From Felis catus (lineage: Eukaryota), in assembly GCF_018350175.1 (NCBI RefSeq), contig NC_058368.1, positions 58,220,001-58,284,000 of the forward strand: 64,000 bases of DNA. Direction: 5' to 3'. Positions 1 to 12,534 of the stretch are shown piece after piece. The translations under genes were made by a program, and so were the position numbers. The notes under the pieces were generated by a model. It was not told the DNA's origin. It did no database searches and saw only the letters and a list, made by a program, of their open reading frames with translations. Within the stretch, counting starts at the first letter, position 1, and the number at the start of each line of letters is the position of its first letter.

Positions 1-421
1 ACATATACTAAAAATATTTGGAAGTATGCCATCATATTCTAAGTTTAAGGTGCTAAAAATTAATATAAGATTAAATAATGATCTAATTTAGTAAAATATA
101 CCTTATAATCATTGACTTAAAAAAAAGTATAGAGTTAATTCTTTTTTCAAAAAACGTACTTATGCCTGTAAAACACAACTTTAGAAAGTAATAAATTAAT
201 ATTACATCTATCTGGATAAATTTGTTTGGTGACTTTAATCTTAAGTTTGCTCATCAGAAGTTTGTATTACATAGAAAATACTATGTTACATTTTTTTGAG
301 GGAAAATCATGCCGGCTTTTATATTAATTAATCAAATATGACTCAAATTATGAAAAATCTAAATATTGCTATAATTATTATTTAGGTGCAGTATTTGACA
401 AACCTTTTCTTTTCCTTACAG

Positions 422-466
422 CCTAAAGCACTGTTCAGATGACATCATAACTGTGTCTAACAAAGG
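422..466 (+). other. Candidate 45-nt internal exon of an unidentified plus-strand gene
   Basis: Branch-point-like TTGAC and pyrimidine tract ccttttcttttccttacAG (AG at 420-421); donor aaGG|GTAAGT at 466/467. Length is a multiple of 3; the phase-2 frame is open (LKHCSDDIITVSNK), phase 0 gives PKALFR*. Lies in non-repetitive DNA. Confidence 0.5.
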
Positions 467-1063
467 GTAAGTTTATTATTATGAACATATTTATGTTAAT
501 ACATACGCATGTTTGTTAGTGTGATATTTTTTCCTTTGTCAGCTATTACAGGAATGTTAATAGAACATGTGTGTGCACCACTAATAAGTATACAGATTTC
601 TATACAAAATGCCAGCTTCAAGCACTTTTAGTTTTCTGTTAATTTTAGAATTGTCTGCAATATTAAGTTGAAATGCATTTAGTAAATCAGTTATCACTAT
701 ATTGTCAATTTCATATCCTTTCAATTTCATCATTTGCTTAGAATAAATGACTCTTTATCTAAGAACCATAAGAAACAGATTTCTCTCTTAAATAGTATGA
801 CAATACTAATTTTTATATTATTTTATTTATCTAAATTTAGTTATTAATATTATAAAGTATCAGTATATGTTATAAATACCATCTACCTACACTTTTTAGG
901 TTAACTCAATTTTATCTATAAATGGGATGGGGAAATGTATTGTTGCAATCACTCTTCTTGTAACCACCATATTTGATTCAAGGAAAAAAACGTAACCCTC
1001 TTTCTTTCAGGAAAAAAAAAAGACCTATGAAGTAGTGCTTTTCTGCTTAACTATTGTCTTTAC

Positions 1064-1250
1064 CATGGTTTATCAACTTCAGCATTATTGACATTTGTTG
1101 TGAGGGTTGTTCTGTTCATTGATGGACTGGCAGTATCCCTGGCCTCTATCCACTAGATAAAGTCAAACCCCCAGTCATGATAATCAGAAATGTTTTCAGA
1201 CATTTTGTCTACTCCCTGGGGGGCACATTCACCCCTTTAGCTTGGTAACC
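1064..1250 (-). mobile_element. MER20-like hAT-Charlie MITE
   Basis: Reverse complement resembles MER20 (ggcagtatccctggcctctatccactagat; aaatgttttcagacatt...ccctggggggca). Confidence 0.75.
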
Positions 1251-1588
1251 TCCTTATTGTTTTAAAGTGAAGAAAAGAATCAGACAACTGTTCCCAGGCT
1301 ATACTCCACCTTTAGTTATTTGTTAAAATGACACTATTTTATTTTACATTTGTGCAGAATCTGGAAATATATGGCAGTTGGATAATTGCATTACAGTATG
1401 CAATTATGCATACTAAAGTCTGTTGTTTTGAGTCTTCTACACTTTCATGTTATATCAGTTACACACAGATTTTTTTTTCCCCTGAATTGTGACTAAATTT
1501 TGGTTAATTTTGCTTGGTAACTCACAGTAGTTGATGCTCCCAAATGCATGAGGCATTTTCTTGGTTAAAGTGTCAAATCCCTTTGGAG

Positions 1589-1775
1589 TTTTTAAGTCTA
1601 TTTTGAGAGAGAGTGAGCATGTGCAAGTGGTGGAGAGGGGCAGAAGGAGGGAGAGAAAGAATCCTAGGCAGACTTAATGCTCAGAGGGGAGCCCAAAGCG
1701 GGGTTGAAATGGAATCATGACCTGAGTGGAAATTAGGAGTCAGATGCTCAACCAACTTAGCCACCCTGGAGTCCC
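1589..1775 (-). mobile_element. CanSINE, older and diverged
   Basis: T-tail, (GA)n, tcatgacctgag, ends agccaccctggagtccc. Confidence 0.85.
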
Positions 1776-1931
1776 AAGATGTTATTAAGCATTATCATAA
1801 TGCATTATTCTTAAATTCTTTTTAAAAGTTATTAAGCAGATTTAAATGGTGACCATGATTATTATAATTCAATTGAGAGTAAGGATGCCTGGTAAATATA
1901 TCACCTATACTTTTAAGAATCCTGTTCATCC

Positions 1932-2153
1932 GGGAGTGTCTGGGTGGCTCAGTCAGTTGAGCGTCCGACTTTGGCTCAGGTCATGATCTCGCGGTCTGTG
2001 AGTTAGAGCCCCGCGTCCGGCTCTGTGCTGACAGCTCAGAGCCTGGAGCTTGCTTCAGATTCTGTGTTTCTCTGTCTCTCTCTGCCCCTCCCCTGCTCAT
2101 GCTCTGTCTCTCTGTCAAAAATAAAATTAACATTAAAAAATTTAAAAAAAAAA
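1932..2153 (+). mobile_element. CanSINE (SINEC_Fc type)
   Basis: tRNA-like head tgggtggctcagtcagttgagcgtccgact, (CT)n, A-tail; TSD core aagaatcctgtt on both sides. Confidence 0.95.
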
Positions 2154-2367
2154 GAATCCTGTTATTCCAGATAATGGAATAGCGAGGTACTTGATAAGTA
2201 GCACACAGGTTAGCCATTCCTGATGAAAGCCTTTGATTACTTCCAGATTCAGACTTCTAATTCTGAGGAACTGATACATTTTATCCACTATCGCTGACTC
2301 TTCTAGTCCAAGAAGTTTACATTTATAATAGTTTCTTGAACGAGTCAGTATAAAAATTCTCTCTCTC

Positions 2368-2499
2368 ATATGTATATATGTACACACATATATATATATG
2401 CATACATATATATATACGTTTACACACATACATTATATGTACAAATATCAGTATGTGAATATAAGTATATATTTATATACATATATATGAACATATATA
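2368..2499. repeat. (TA/CA)n low-complexity tract
   Basis: Imperfect tatata/cacata repeats. Confidence 0.8.
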
Positions 2500-4078
2500 G
2501 GAAAATAGTAAATTGATAATTAGTGATACAGTAATTATAAAGTGTCCACTAGAAATGATCCAAGTGCCTAAACACAAACAACTTTGAGGTCCTAAATCTC
2601 AATACTGTAGAACTTCCTTTTGCATCTTAACTTAATGCCTAGAATTCTATCAAGAGATTTTAACCTGAGAAGAGGAATCTTGTGAGAATTTTAGCATTGG
2701 AATATAACATGTAAATATAATACTTAAATTTAATATTTATGAAGCATAGTCATGTTATCCCCATTTATTAAATTTCTCAGAAAATATTGTATTTGCAAGG
2801 GAGAATCAGATCATAAATCTTATCTATTTTATGTAATGAATATTCCTCAGACTACCTCACCAATGAAGGTGAAATATTACATTGAAAGTAATATCCCTAA
2901 ATTCATAACTCTGATCAGTTCAGTGAAAGATTATGATTCATGCTGTTTAAAGTCATATACAGAACATATGTTTAACATAGAAAATATATGCATGTAAACA
3001 TCCCTAAAGTTAAATCATATTACAGATATAGAGCATTACAAGTTTTACCAAAATATCTTTATATGGTACTTGTGTGTATATATAAAGAAAGATTTCATGT
3101 GTTTTAGATTAAATTATATGATTTGAATAGTGAATTACCTCCTCACTGAGGTTACTTTTTTTCTTTCTTCTTAGCCTCTAGAAGCTATTAATCAAACTTT
3201 AGGATTTTGAATCAAAGAAATTCTTAACTATTGACATAGAGAGGCATAATTAAACTCTTAAACCTTATCATACATTAGATTTTGTGTAATGAACTAGAAC
3301 TAGAATATCAACCTAGGAATACCCGACAGCACAAGAATATAGAAGATTCCAATGTGGACAAAAGGGAGTGGTTATGAGGGCAGGAAGATCAAGACCACAG
3401 CCTGGGAGGGCACCACTGGCCACGATACAAGTGGGAGACTGGTGACTATATGTAGCATGAAAGTACCACATACCTTTGATTCTGGTAATTCAGCAGACAT
3501 TCATGAATAGCATCTTAGAGGTTAGAAAATTTAATTCTTATTCAAGAATGTCATTCCAATTACCTCTGCCACAGAAGCAAATACGAAATGTAAAAACAGT
3601 ACTAGCCAACTCATCAAAACTCATTCTTTCAATTGAAATTGGGGCACATTTTTTTAATTATAAAAAACACATTCTGTGGTTCTGTGGTTCACATTCTACT
3701 CAGCAGATATTTGAAACTTAGTTGGAATATATTTTTCATGTAGCAAGAAACCAAACCAATGATAAACAACCAAAATTCAGTGCAGAAAATTTTTGTTTAT
3801 GCAACATCAATAACATTGGCTTTATAGTTAGTACTTTACAGAAACATTGCTGCTGACACAGTACAACAATTAAATTTAGTGGTAAAACCTTTAGTTTCTA
3901 ATTAAATTCTCATCAAGATGTATATTTCTGAAATACCCATTCCTTTTTATAGAAATAAAAATACTTGCAAACAGTGATCATGCTGTTAAAGAAATAGTGT
4001 CAGGAAGATTGCACATTTCTGTCAAGTGGGAAGAAGATAATATATATTGGAAAGCATTTAAGAAGTAGATTATTCTCA

Positions 4079-4285
4079 GGGTGCCTAGGTGGCTCAGTCA
4101 GTTGAATATCCAACTCTTGATTTTGGCTCAGGTCATGATCTCATGGTTGTGAGATCTAGCCTCCTCCCCCCCCCCCCCCACCACCCAGCGGGCTGCTTAG
4201 GATTCTCTCTCCCTTCCCTTCTGCTCTCAAGCATGCACTCTCTTTCTGTCTCTCTAAATAAATAAATAAGCAAATAATAAAAAAT
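4079..4285 (+). mobile_element. CanSINE with internal poly-C run
   Basis: SINE head and CT/A tail; C run at 4166-4179 where the body normally lies. Confidence 0.9.
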
Positions 4286-4399
4286 ATATTTTTCAGACCT
4301 TAAATGTACTGTGTGCTCCAAGTACTGTACCTATTGGGCTAGTGGATGCATTGATCTTACCTCATTAAAAAGACATTTATGGAGGGAAGGGGAAGGTAA

Positions 4400-5750
4400 A
4401 TGAACTAAACGATTATGGAGGTGTCAAGGGGAAAGCATTCAGTAGAAACACCTGTTCAAATGTCTGCATATGGGACTTTGTTTGGCATATGTAAGGGACA
4501 GCAGTGAGTTCAATATGACTGGAGTGGAGTGTGGAAAAGAAAATGTGAGACCAAGTAGGAAATGTCCTGAAACAATTGATGGAGAATCTGTTTTGGCAGG
4601 GCCATGTAACTCATTCACTAAAGGCTTTGAGATTCATTCTGAGCAAGAAGTGAAACTATTGCAAGCAGGTGTTCAACAGAGACATGATGTGACTAAAATT
4701 TTTTACCAGAATCACTTGGTCAGAAGGGCACAAGGACATTTGTTTAGTCTCTTAAGACAGTACCCATAGAGAGGCTATTAAAATGCAAAGGAGAATGTGA
4801 TCATATTCTACGGGGAGAGATGGTTGGGTCTGAGACAAGGGTGGTGACTGGGAGTGGTGATATGTGCTATCATGGCAAAGCTAATATCATTTGCTGAAAG
4901 ACCATACATGGAGTTGAGAAAGGAGGGGAAAAAAGAAAGAAAAAGGAGCACTGGAATCTATAAGGGTTTATTGCTGAGTAAATGAAAAAATAAAATTCGC
5001 GTTTACTGAAATGAGAGAGACTTCAGGACAAATAGATATGGAGTTAAGAACTTCATTTTTCATGTGCAAAGTTTGCAATTATTACCAGATACACAAGTAG
5101 AAAAGTCAAATTTGTGTAAGATATTTGGAACTCAAGGTCAGGAGAGAACTACATAAAATATAAATCCAGGAATTAGCATTTGGAAGGTGAGTAAATTGTC
5201 AGACTATGTGAGATGCCTTAGAGAGTGACAATAGATAATACAAAATAATCATGTGAAAGGATTGACACTCCCAAGTTTAGTGATGAGAGTTGTGTTCAAC
5301 AGTATAGGTGAAGAAAGGATCTCAAGAAAAAAAATAGAGTAATATGCTCTATGAAATGCTCCAAAATAGCCAAAGTGATATTACTGCAATTTGATTGTTG
5401 GAATTGACAACATGAAGGTCATTGGTGACTTTGAAAAGAGGAGTTTTAGTGGAGTTTGTGGACTAAAACTAGTGCAAGGGGTCATTATGAAGCTAACAAT
5501 TATCTACACTTTCAAGAACCTTTCCTGTAAAGAGTAAACAAATGGAGCAGAAGTTAGAGGGGAAATGGGATCATAGGGGAATTTTTAATATAAAAGAAAG
5601 AATTTATTTATACACTGATTTGAATAACACAAAAGAGAGAATTGGTAGTGATGGAAAGAGAGAGAATCAATGCAACAATTTCCTTAGGTAGATGTGAGGG
5701 AATGAGATGTAAAAGCAAGGAGAGGGGGGATATTTAGCCAGTAGAATGAC
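4400..5750 (-). mobile_element. L2 (CR1-clade LINE) relic
   Basis: Purine-rich antisense L2 pattern; the minus strand at about 5401-5460 translates NSTKTPLFKVTNDLH, matching the L2/CR1 RT motif HSTETALxKVTNDL. Boundaries approximate. Confidence 0.7.
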
Positions 5751-6606
5751 ATTTATTATTATTGTGTATGCACAAAGAGTAAATTAGTAAGTAATAAATT
5801 ATTTATTTGCTTTGCCCATAGGAATTAAATGTGTTCAAAATAAAGGATTTGATTTTATATGCCTCATCCCACTGGTCTATAAATATGTCTGAGCACTGAT
5901 ATCATTATGGATAGACTTGTCCTAGTCTGCATCCCACTGGTTCTTTATGGAAATTCGGAGGAGAATAAACCAAATAATTTGAGATTCAGCTGCTGTTCTT
6001 AATTGTTTATGCTTCATGGTCCTTTTTAGATTCAAAAATTAGAACATAATATTTGTATATAGTTTCCTTATTCTCACTAATGTCACATTTCTCTTTTATA
6101 ACAAGGATACAAATTTTCTTCCTTCTATTTTAAATTCAAAACTGTCTACTTGAAAAGTTTTTTATAAATTACAGTTTCAACATTTTCCTATCCTCCCCAT
6201 ATTGTATTATTTTCACCGTATCCAGAAGTTAATTCAGGAACTACTCATCCTTATCACATGCTGTTTAGTCTAAAGTAGAGAAAAGTTGAATTGTATCAAA
6301 GTTCTCCATGGCTTCTAAGCATATATTCATTATGACACGTAGTATTACGATGACCTGCTAAATGCCAGCGAAAACCATGAAAGTTCAAGTAAAAACATGT
6401 ATCATCTTACAAAATATTTCCCTTGTAATCTCTACCACCCACCTGGTGTTCTCTAGATAAACTATTTATTATTTGTGTATTTTTATTGAGCCCTACCTTA
6501 GATCATTTTCTAAGAATGTTCTACAAAACTATTCAAATCCTGATAAATACTCATAAATTAAGAGGTGGATACCAGTATTAACCTTTTTTAAAAAGTGTTT
6601 CAAGTT

Positions 6607-6632
6607 GTTTTTTGTTTGTTTGTTTTTTTAAT

Positions 6633-6676
<44 letters not shown>

Positions 6677-6838
6677 TCAGGGGAGGTGCAGAGAGAGAGG
6701 GAGACACAGAATCCAAAGCAGGCTCCAGGGTCTGAGGGGTCAGCACAGAGCCCGACATGGGGCTCAAACCCACAAAATGTGAGATCATGACCTGAGCCAA
6801 AGCCAGACACCTAACTGACTGAGCCACCCAGGTGCCCC
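6607..6838 (-). mobile_element. CanSINE inserted in the tail of the adjacent SINE
   Basis: Full SINE; TSD tgtttcaagtt at 6596-6606 and 6843-6853. Confidence 0.95.
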
Positions 6839-6853
6839 TAAATGTTTCAAGTT

Positions 6854-6884
6854 TTATTTATTTGCTTTGAGAGAGAGGGAGAGA

Positions 6885-6918
<34 letters not shown>

Positions 6919-7057
6919 ATGAGAGAGAGAATCCCAAGCAAGCTCCACACTGCCAACATGGAGCCTGATGCAGGGCTTGAACCCATGAACAAAGAGATCA
7001 TCACCTGAGCTGAAATCTAGAGTCAGATGCTTAACTAGCTGAGCCACCCATGTGCCC
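6854..7057 (-). mobile_element. CanSINE (host of the nested copy)
   Basis: (GA)n, gaatcccaagca, head ending gagccacccatgtgccc; outer TSD-like ttaacc(t/c)tttt at about 6578 and 7058. Confidence 0.93.
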
Positions 7058-7753
7058 TTAACCCTTTTAACAGATATAGAAACTGGGGAGTAGAGAGTAT
7101 TAGAAAATTACTCAAGTTCACATGCATAATTAGATGATTGGTGAGGCCTGGATTTGAAGTTCTGGAATCTCCTCCATAGTACTTAACATCCAGAACACAC
7201 CCACTACTATATTCTTCCCTATGAGATCTTGAAATATATGGATTCTATTAGGAAAGCTTTATGGATAGGAATGTCTTCCTGTATATTTGATTTATACAGT
7301 TTGTTGGTTTTGTTATATAGTTTGATTTATAAGTTTGCTGGCTAGTTTTGAAATATTGTATGTGTACTGTGGACTTGATCATTTTAAGAATTATATATTG
7401 TTCATTTTCTCTTTAATGTTGTCCCTATTATGGTTTATACTATACCTTATTACCATGCGTTCTAACATTAATATAGCACCAGAAAGCATAACCTTAAAAA
7501 AGAATACAAGTTGGTACATTTTTCTGTTTTTTTAACCATTAAAATAATCTCTTTTTAAAAATAAAAATGAATGAATTCATGTATCCAAAAAACCCAATAA
7601 ACACAAGTAAGAATAAGTCAATAATACTGATTTTAATTTTGTTCAAACATCTATTTTATGTTAGTGATAGGAACCCCTTATTTGAAGGCTATTCCTTTTA
7701 TCCTTAAATCTATTTACAGTATCTGATAGTTGCTTCTAATTATGTCAAATTCA

Positions 7754-7817
7754 GATAGGTATATAGGTAGGTAGGTAGGTACACAGATAGATAGATGATA
7801 GATTTATACATACATAT
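7754..7817. repeat. (TAGG)n/(TAGA)n/(TACA)n compound microsatellite
   Basis: Direct inspection. Confidence 0.75.
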
Positions 7818-8225
7818 GTAATGATCATTACATTAAATGTGTTGTATTAATTATGATTAAAACAGAATAAAGTTTGAATGATTTGAAAATATTTTTTCTT
7901 CTTTGAAATGCTATAAAAGTAAAAAAAAATGGATTAATATGACAGTCTTTGATGCTGAAAGCTTACACTGGGAGCTTCAAACACTGTCTTATTTCTTTTA
8001 GGCTATAGGTAAGAATATTTGTTGTATGGCAGATTTTCCCATGTCTACCCACAAGATAATCCCAGTCTCTTTATTTTCTGACCCAATTGTTTAGGATGTT
8101 AGACATGATCATAAATTTTAGGATTTTTCAATGACAGCATGATTTTAAGTAAATGAATAAAATATTAATACATAATTTAGAAAGAATAAAATTATTCTAA
8201 TACTTGTCTGATTCAGTAATTGAAT

Positions 8226-8284
8226 TAAATTCTACTCCTGAAACCATTATTATACTACATGTTAACTAAATTGAATTAAAAAAA
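8226..8284 (+). mobile_element. Extreme 3' tip of a carnivore L1
   Basis: ttctactcctgaaaccattattatactacatgttaactaa plus A-tail; same motif as the L1 tails at 41.6 kb and 56.2 kb. Confidence 0.7.
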
Positions 8285-9184
8285 GTAGATGCACAAAAAT
8301 GATAATAATACTTAACTGCAAAATAATGCAATAAGTAAATGGAAAATAAATGTAAATTAGGCTTAGGCTACTGCTGATTTCTGTTAAGGGTTTAGGAACT
8401 TTATGGCATTGCTGTTATAAACCAGAAAATTATTATCAAATATATTACTTATGCCTGAGACACACACACACACACATATAAATACACAATACACACACAC
8501 ATATAAAAAATATCTTCTATATATAATTCATAAGATTCTAGTCAATATCATTTTTCTAGTGTGTAAATAAAGATTTAAATGCATGGAAAATAGGAAAGAC
8601 TACTTTGAGTTGTAATTAGACATCATAAAAGTACTGCTATTCTTGGGAAAATCTATGAATATTTTGTCTGTACCTCTATGAATACACACCTATTTCATGT
8701 TATAAGTTGAGTGTGTGGTTAAAAGGCTGAGAGACTGACATACAGACTCTAAGAAGGCAGAAGGAATACTGGTAGAGATCATTTAAGACAAATATGGACA
8801 TTACTAGACATCGTCTTACACAAAGCGTTAGATGAAGCCTTTTTCCACCTATCCCACACCCAGAAAAATTAAAGTAATAGGAGGAAACTATCCACATGAC
8901 TTTCAAGATGGAAAACAATTTAAGGACATGGATTTATCAATATAAGAATTCAGAAAAGATGAAAATAAAATTAAATGAAAAGACCCGAAGCAGAGGAAAT
9001 TAATATTACTAAGGATGAATCAATTAGTAGAAATCAGAAAGGAATAGAAGTGGAATTACTAACAGAAAAGGAATATAAGGAAATCACAGGAAATGTAGGT
9101 GAAAATATTCCATGACAGATTGCAACATTGGTCAGATCTCTTTCTCCTGTATTTACTCTTTAATTTGCAATTTCTCCCAGTAAA

Positions 9185-9460
9185 GATGCCAACATTGTTT
9201 TCCTACTCCTTGACTCCTAGGCAGATTTAAACCTAGATTTTAAGGTGATTTCCATGTTTCCACTTACCTCCTTGGGCTTCTTCTCTCACCATGAGAAGAA
9301 CATGTCTCATGCTCCAGTAATCTCAGGAGGAAGATAAGATCACTGAACTCAGATCACCAATCACTAGCCAACTCACAGTAGTATGAGCTAAAATAAACAT
9401 GTACTATTGTATTCAGTTGAGTTTTTATGGACCCTTTTAATGAAAGCATGATAATAAATA
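9185..9460 (+). mobile_element. MLT1-type (ERVL-MaLR) LTR relic
   Basis: ccatgagaagaacatg...tgagctaaaataaacatg motifs typical of old MLT1 LTRs. Confidence 0.5.
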
Positions 9461-9479
9461 GACATAAAATGCTAAATAA

Positions 9480-10110
9480 TATCAGGAAGAAGATAATACA
9501 TGTGAAGGGAAAATATAATCAATGGTAAGAATAATTGGTATAACCAAATTAGACAACTTGATAAATAGAACAGAAATCATTTCCAAAGTTACGATGTAGG
9601 AACATGATCCAGAAATAAAGTTTGTAATAAATCTATAAATTGTGTGCATGAATATATATAAGATAATAATAATAAATAAAGTAGTGAGATTAAGGTATTC
9701 AGGAAGAAGTATGAATGTCCTATTGATCATAAGTATCATAAAAATACATATTAGACATAGAATGTTCTACCACATGGCATGCCTACATAAATTATTAGAA
9801 CTGAAGAATGAAGAAAATATTATTTAGTCATCCAGGAAAAATTTTACACGTAGTATAAGAAGGAAAGTCATTATATTTCATTGCATTCTTGAAAAGTTTC
9901 ATTTTCAGGAAAATGTCTTGAAATTTCTTGAAAGTCACTTTAGTGCTAAAAAGCATTGGACAATGCTTACAAAATCCTAAGGTAAAGAATGTGTAATATG
10001 AAAGTATAATATAAACCCTCCAGAATATCAAGCAATGTAAAGAGACAAACATAATAGAACCTTGATTAAATTTAGGAGAACATCGCTCATAGCACCTCTT
10101 AGAAAAAATT
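9480..10110 (+). mobile_element. Ancient L1-ORF1-like / HAL1-like relic
   Basis: A-rich strand with ORF1-like motifs (aatgcttacaaaatcctaagg), resembling the element at 56.8-57.2 kb. Confidence 0.4.
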
Positions 10111-10669
10111 ATATGTTATAAAACAATGTCATTAATGTAGAGAAGTATTTTTGAACAATTCTGGGTTTATGATGATAATACAAGATGTAAATGTTATAAA
10201 TTTTATGGTATAATATTTACTATATAACTAACAACATTGAAGAGGATAATCAGGAGAATTAGGGAGACAGGTGAAAGTTTTAATGTCTGCATCTTTTATA
10301 TAATGTTTGTATTTGAATTCATCTAATACTGGAACATAATTTATGAAATATATTTACTCTAATCCTGATTGTTTTGTTATCTCTATTCTTAATACTAGAA
10401 TGAATTTTTAAAGATTTTTTAGTGTTTAAAATAGATTTTTAAAAAATTTACTATATTTTTCAATGTTATTCCATCAATTTCTTTTCACTGAATTTAAGTA
10501 ATATTTGTCCTAAATCACATTATACAAAGTATTTCTTGCTTTATTTCTTGATCTAGGGCATGGTTACATGGGAGTATACTGACAAAGAAGTTCACTTTTC
10601 TGTATGGTTAAGATTTTGTCCTTCATTTTATATATTTTTTCCTTAATGTAAAAGTTTTAAAAATGTATT

Positions 10670-10909
10670 CTTTTTAAAAATTTTTTTTAACTTTTTCTTT
10701 TTTTTTTTTTTTTTTTTTTTGGTTTGAGAGAGAGAGACAAAGCGCCAGCGGGGGAGGGCCAGAGAAAGAGGGAGGCACAGAATCCGAAGCAGGCTTCAGG
10801 CTCTGAGCTATCAGCACAGAGCCCTATGCGGGGCTTGAACTCATGAACTGTGAGATTATGACCTGAGGTGAAGTTGGACACTTAACCTACTGAGTCACCT
10901 AGGTGCCCC
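10670..10909 (-). mobile_element. CanSINE
   Basis: Long T tail, full body, ends ctaggtgcccc. Confidence 0.95.
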
Positions 10910-11510
10910 AATGCATTCAATATTTTAAACATACATATTCTAATTGTATGTTCCTTTAATGTTTAAGATTGTTAATTCTGAGTAGTAAGATTTATTTTTT
11001 CTTTCATTCTTTGTGGTTTTATGCATTGCTTAAATTACTTACAGTAAACACGTGTTTTTTACACAAACTATACAGTATTTTATATCTCAAGTATATGTAC
11101 AAATAATGACAACTTTAACTGATAATAAGACAGTACATTAACAGTCACACAAGAAGCATGTTATGCTGTATCAAACAAAAAATAGATGTCAATTAGGAAA
11201 GAATGACCAGTGAGTGTTATTTATAAGAATGTGAAAGGTGGTCAAGAATTTTACATATAGGAATGTCAGAGAGAACACTTGAGTGAAAAGAGTCACAATA
11301 TTTGTGAATTCTTTAACAAAATAAAAATAGGTTTTGGACACATACCATGTTCAAAACTGTGATGAGCAAACAAATATAAATGCTTTCTGTCCTGAAACAA
11401 CTTATAATATACTTTAAAAGACTTCAGTATTTGTCCTAGAGATAAGAAGACTAAGAGAACTTACTGATATTCTTTTTTTTTTTTTAAGTACCTTTATGTG
11501 TAAAAGGAAG

Positions 11511-11749
11511 TATAGTGGTGGGCTGCCCAGATGCCTTCTTATTTTCTCAGCTGTTTGGAGTGTTAACTACTGACAGCTTGCAAGTGAATTGTTCTTACAG
11601 GCAGCCTATATCCAGTGATAAAAGCTGAGCCCTCTTGCTTCAATCACAGTAACCTTCACATGTATAGTTTCTTGAAATATTCCCCTAATAACCCCATGCC
11701 TGCAAATATCTTCCTTATAGTGTGTTTTCTGAGACCCTAACTTATGACA
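11511..11749 (+). mobile_element. ERVL-class LTR (LTR16/LTR33-like)
   Basis: Ends ttctgagaccctaacttatgaCA, directly followed by ERVL internal-like sequence. Confidence 0.5.
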
Positions 11750-11799
11750 GTAGATACCATGAGTCATCCTAGATGTCACCCCTAAAATGTAATCTTACA

Positions 11800-12013
11800 G
11801 GGGCACCTGGGTGGCTCAGTAGGTTGAGTGTCTGACTTCGGCTCAGGTCATGATTTCATGGCCAGTGAGTTCAAAACCCATGTCAGGCTCTGTTCTAACA
11901 GCTCAGGGCCCTGAGCCTGCTTTGGATTCTGTCTCCCTCTCTCTCTGCCCCTCCCCTGCTCATGCTGTGTTCTCTCTGTCTCTTAAAAATGAATAAACAT
12001 TAAAAAATTTTAA
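11800..12013 (+). mobile_element. CanSINE
   Basis: Full element; TSD taatcttacag on both sides. Confidence 0.95.
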
Positions 12014-12295
12014 ACATAATCTTACAGCTGCATAATTGGTTACATGGCACTGTGGGTCCTATAATGGCCATTGGTGTACTTACTGCATCTGGAATGCTGT
12101 CCTGGTTCAATTGTTAAAACTTTTACAAGAAAAATAAAGTCTAAGGATGACTACTCACAAACTGGTCACAAACTGAAAGTGATAGGGAAAGCCATTGAGC
12201 CTCCATGACAATATAGCAATTTCCTGAAGGGCAAAAGCATTGAGAATCACTCCCATAATTTAATTATAAGGTTGGCCAAACTTTAAAAAAGTTGC

Positions 12296-12534
12296 TTTTT
12301 AAATTTTTTAAATCTATTTTTGAGAGAGAGACAAAGAGAAGGACAGAGAGAGACAGAAACAGAACACAAGCAAGGGAGGGGCAGAGAGAGAGAGGGAGAC
12401 ACAGAATCTGAAGCAGGCTCTAGGCTCTGAGCTGTCAGCACACAGCCAGAGGCAGAGCTCGAACCCACAAACCATAAAATCATGACCTGAGCCGAAGTCA
12501 GATGCTTAACCAATTGAGCCACCCAGGAGCCCCC
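12296..12534 (-). mobile_element. CanSINE
   Basis: Full element; TSD core ttgctttttaa on both sides. Confidence 0.95.

Larger units (their letters stand above)
6536..7190 (-). mobile_element. MIR interrupted by two CanSINEs
   Basis: gaggtggataccagtattaacc [SINEs] ttttaacagatatagaaactgggg...caagttcaca...ggatttgaa rejoins into the antisense MIR core. Confidence 0.6.
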
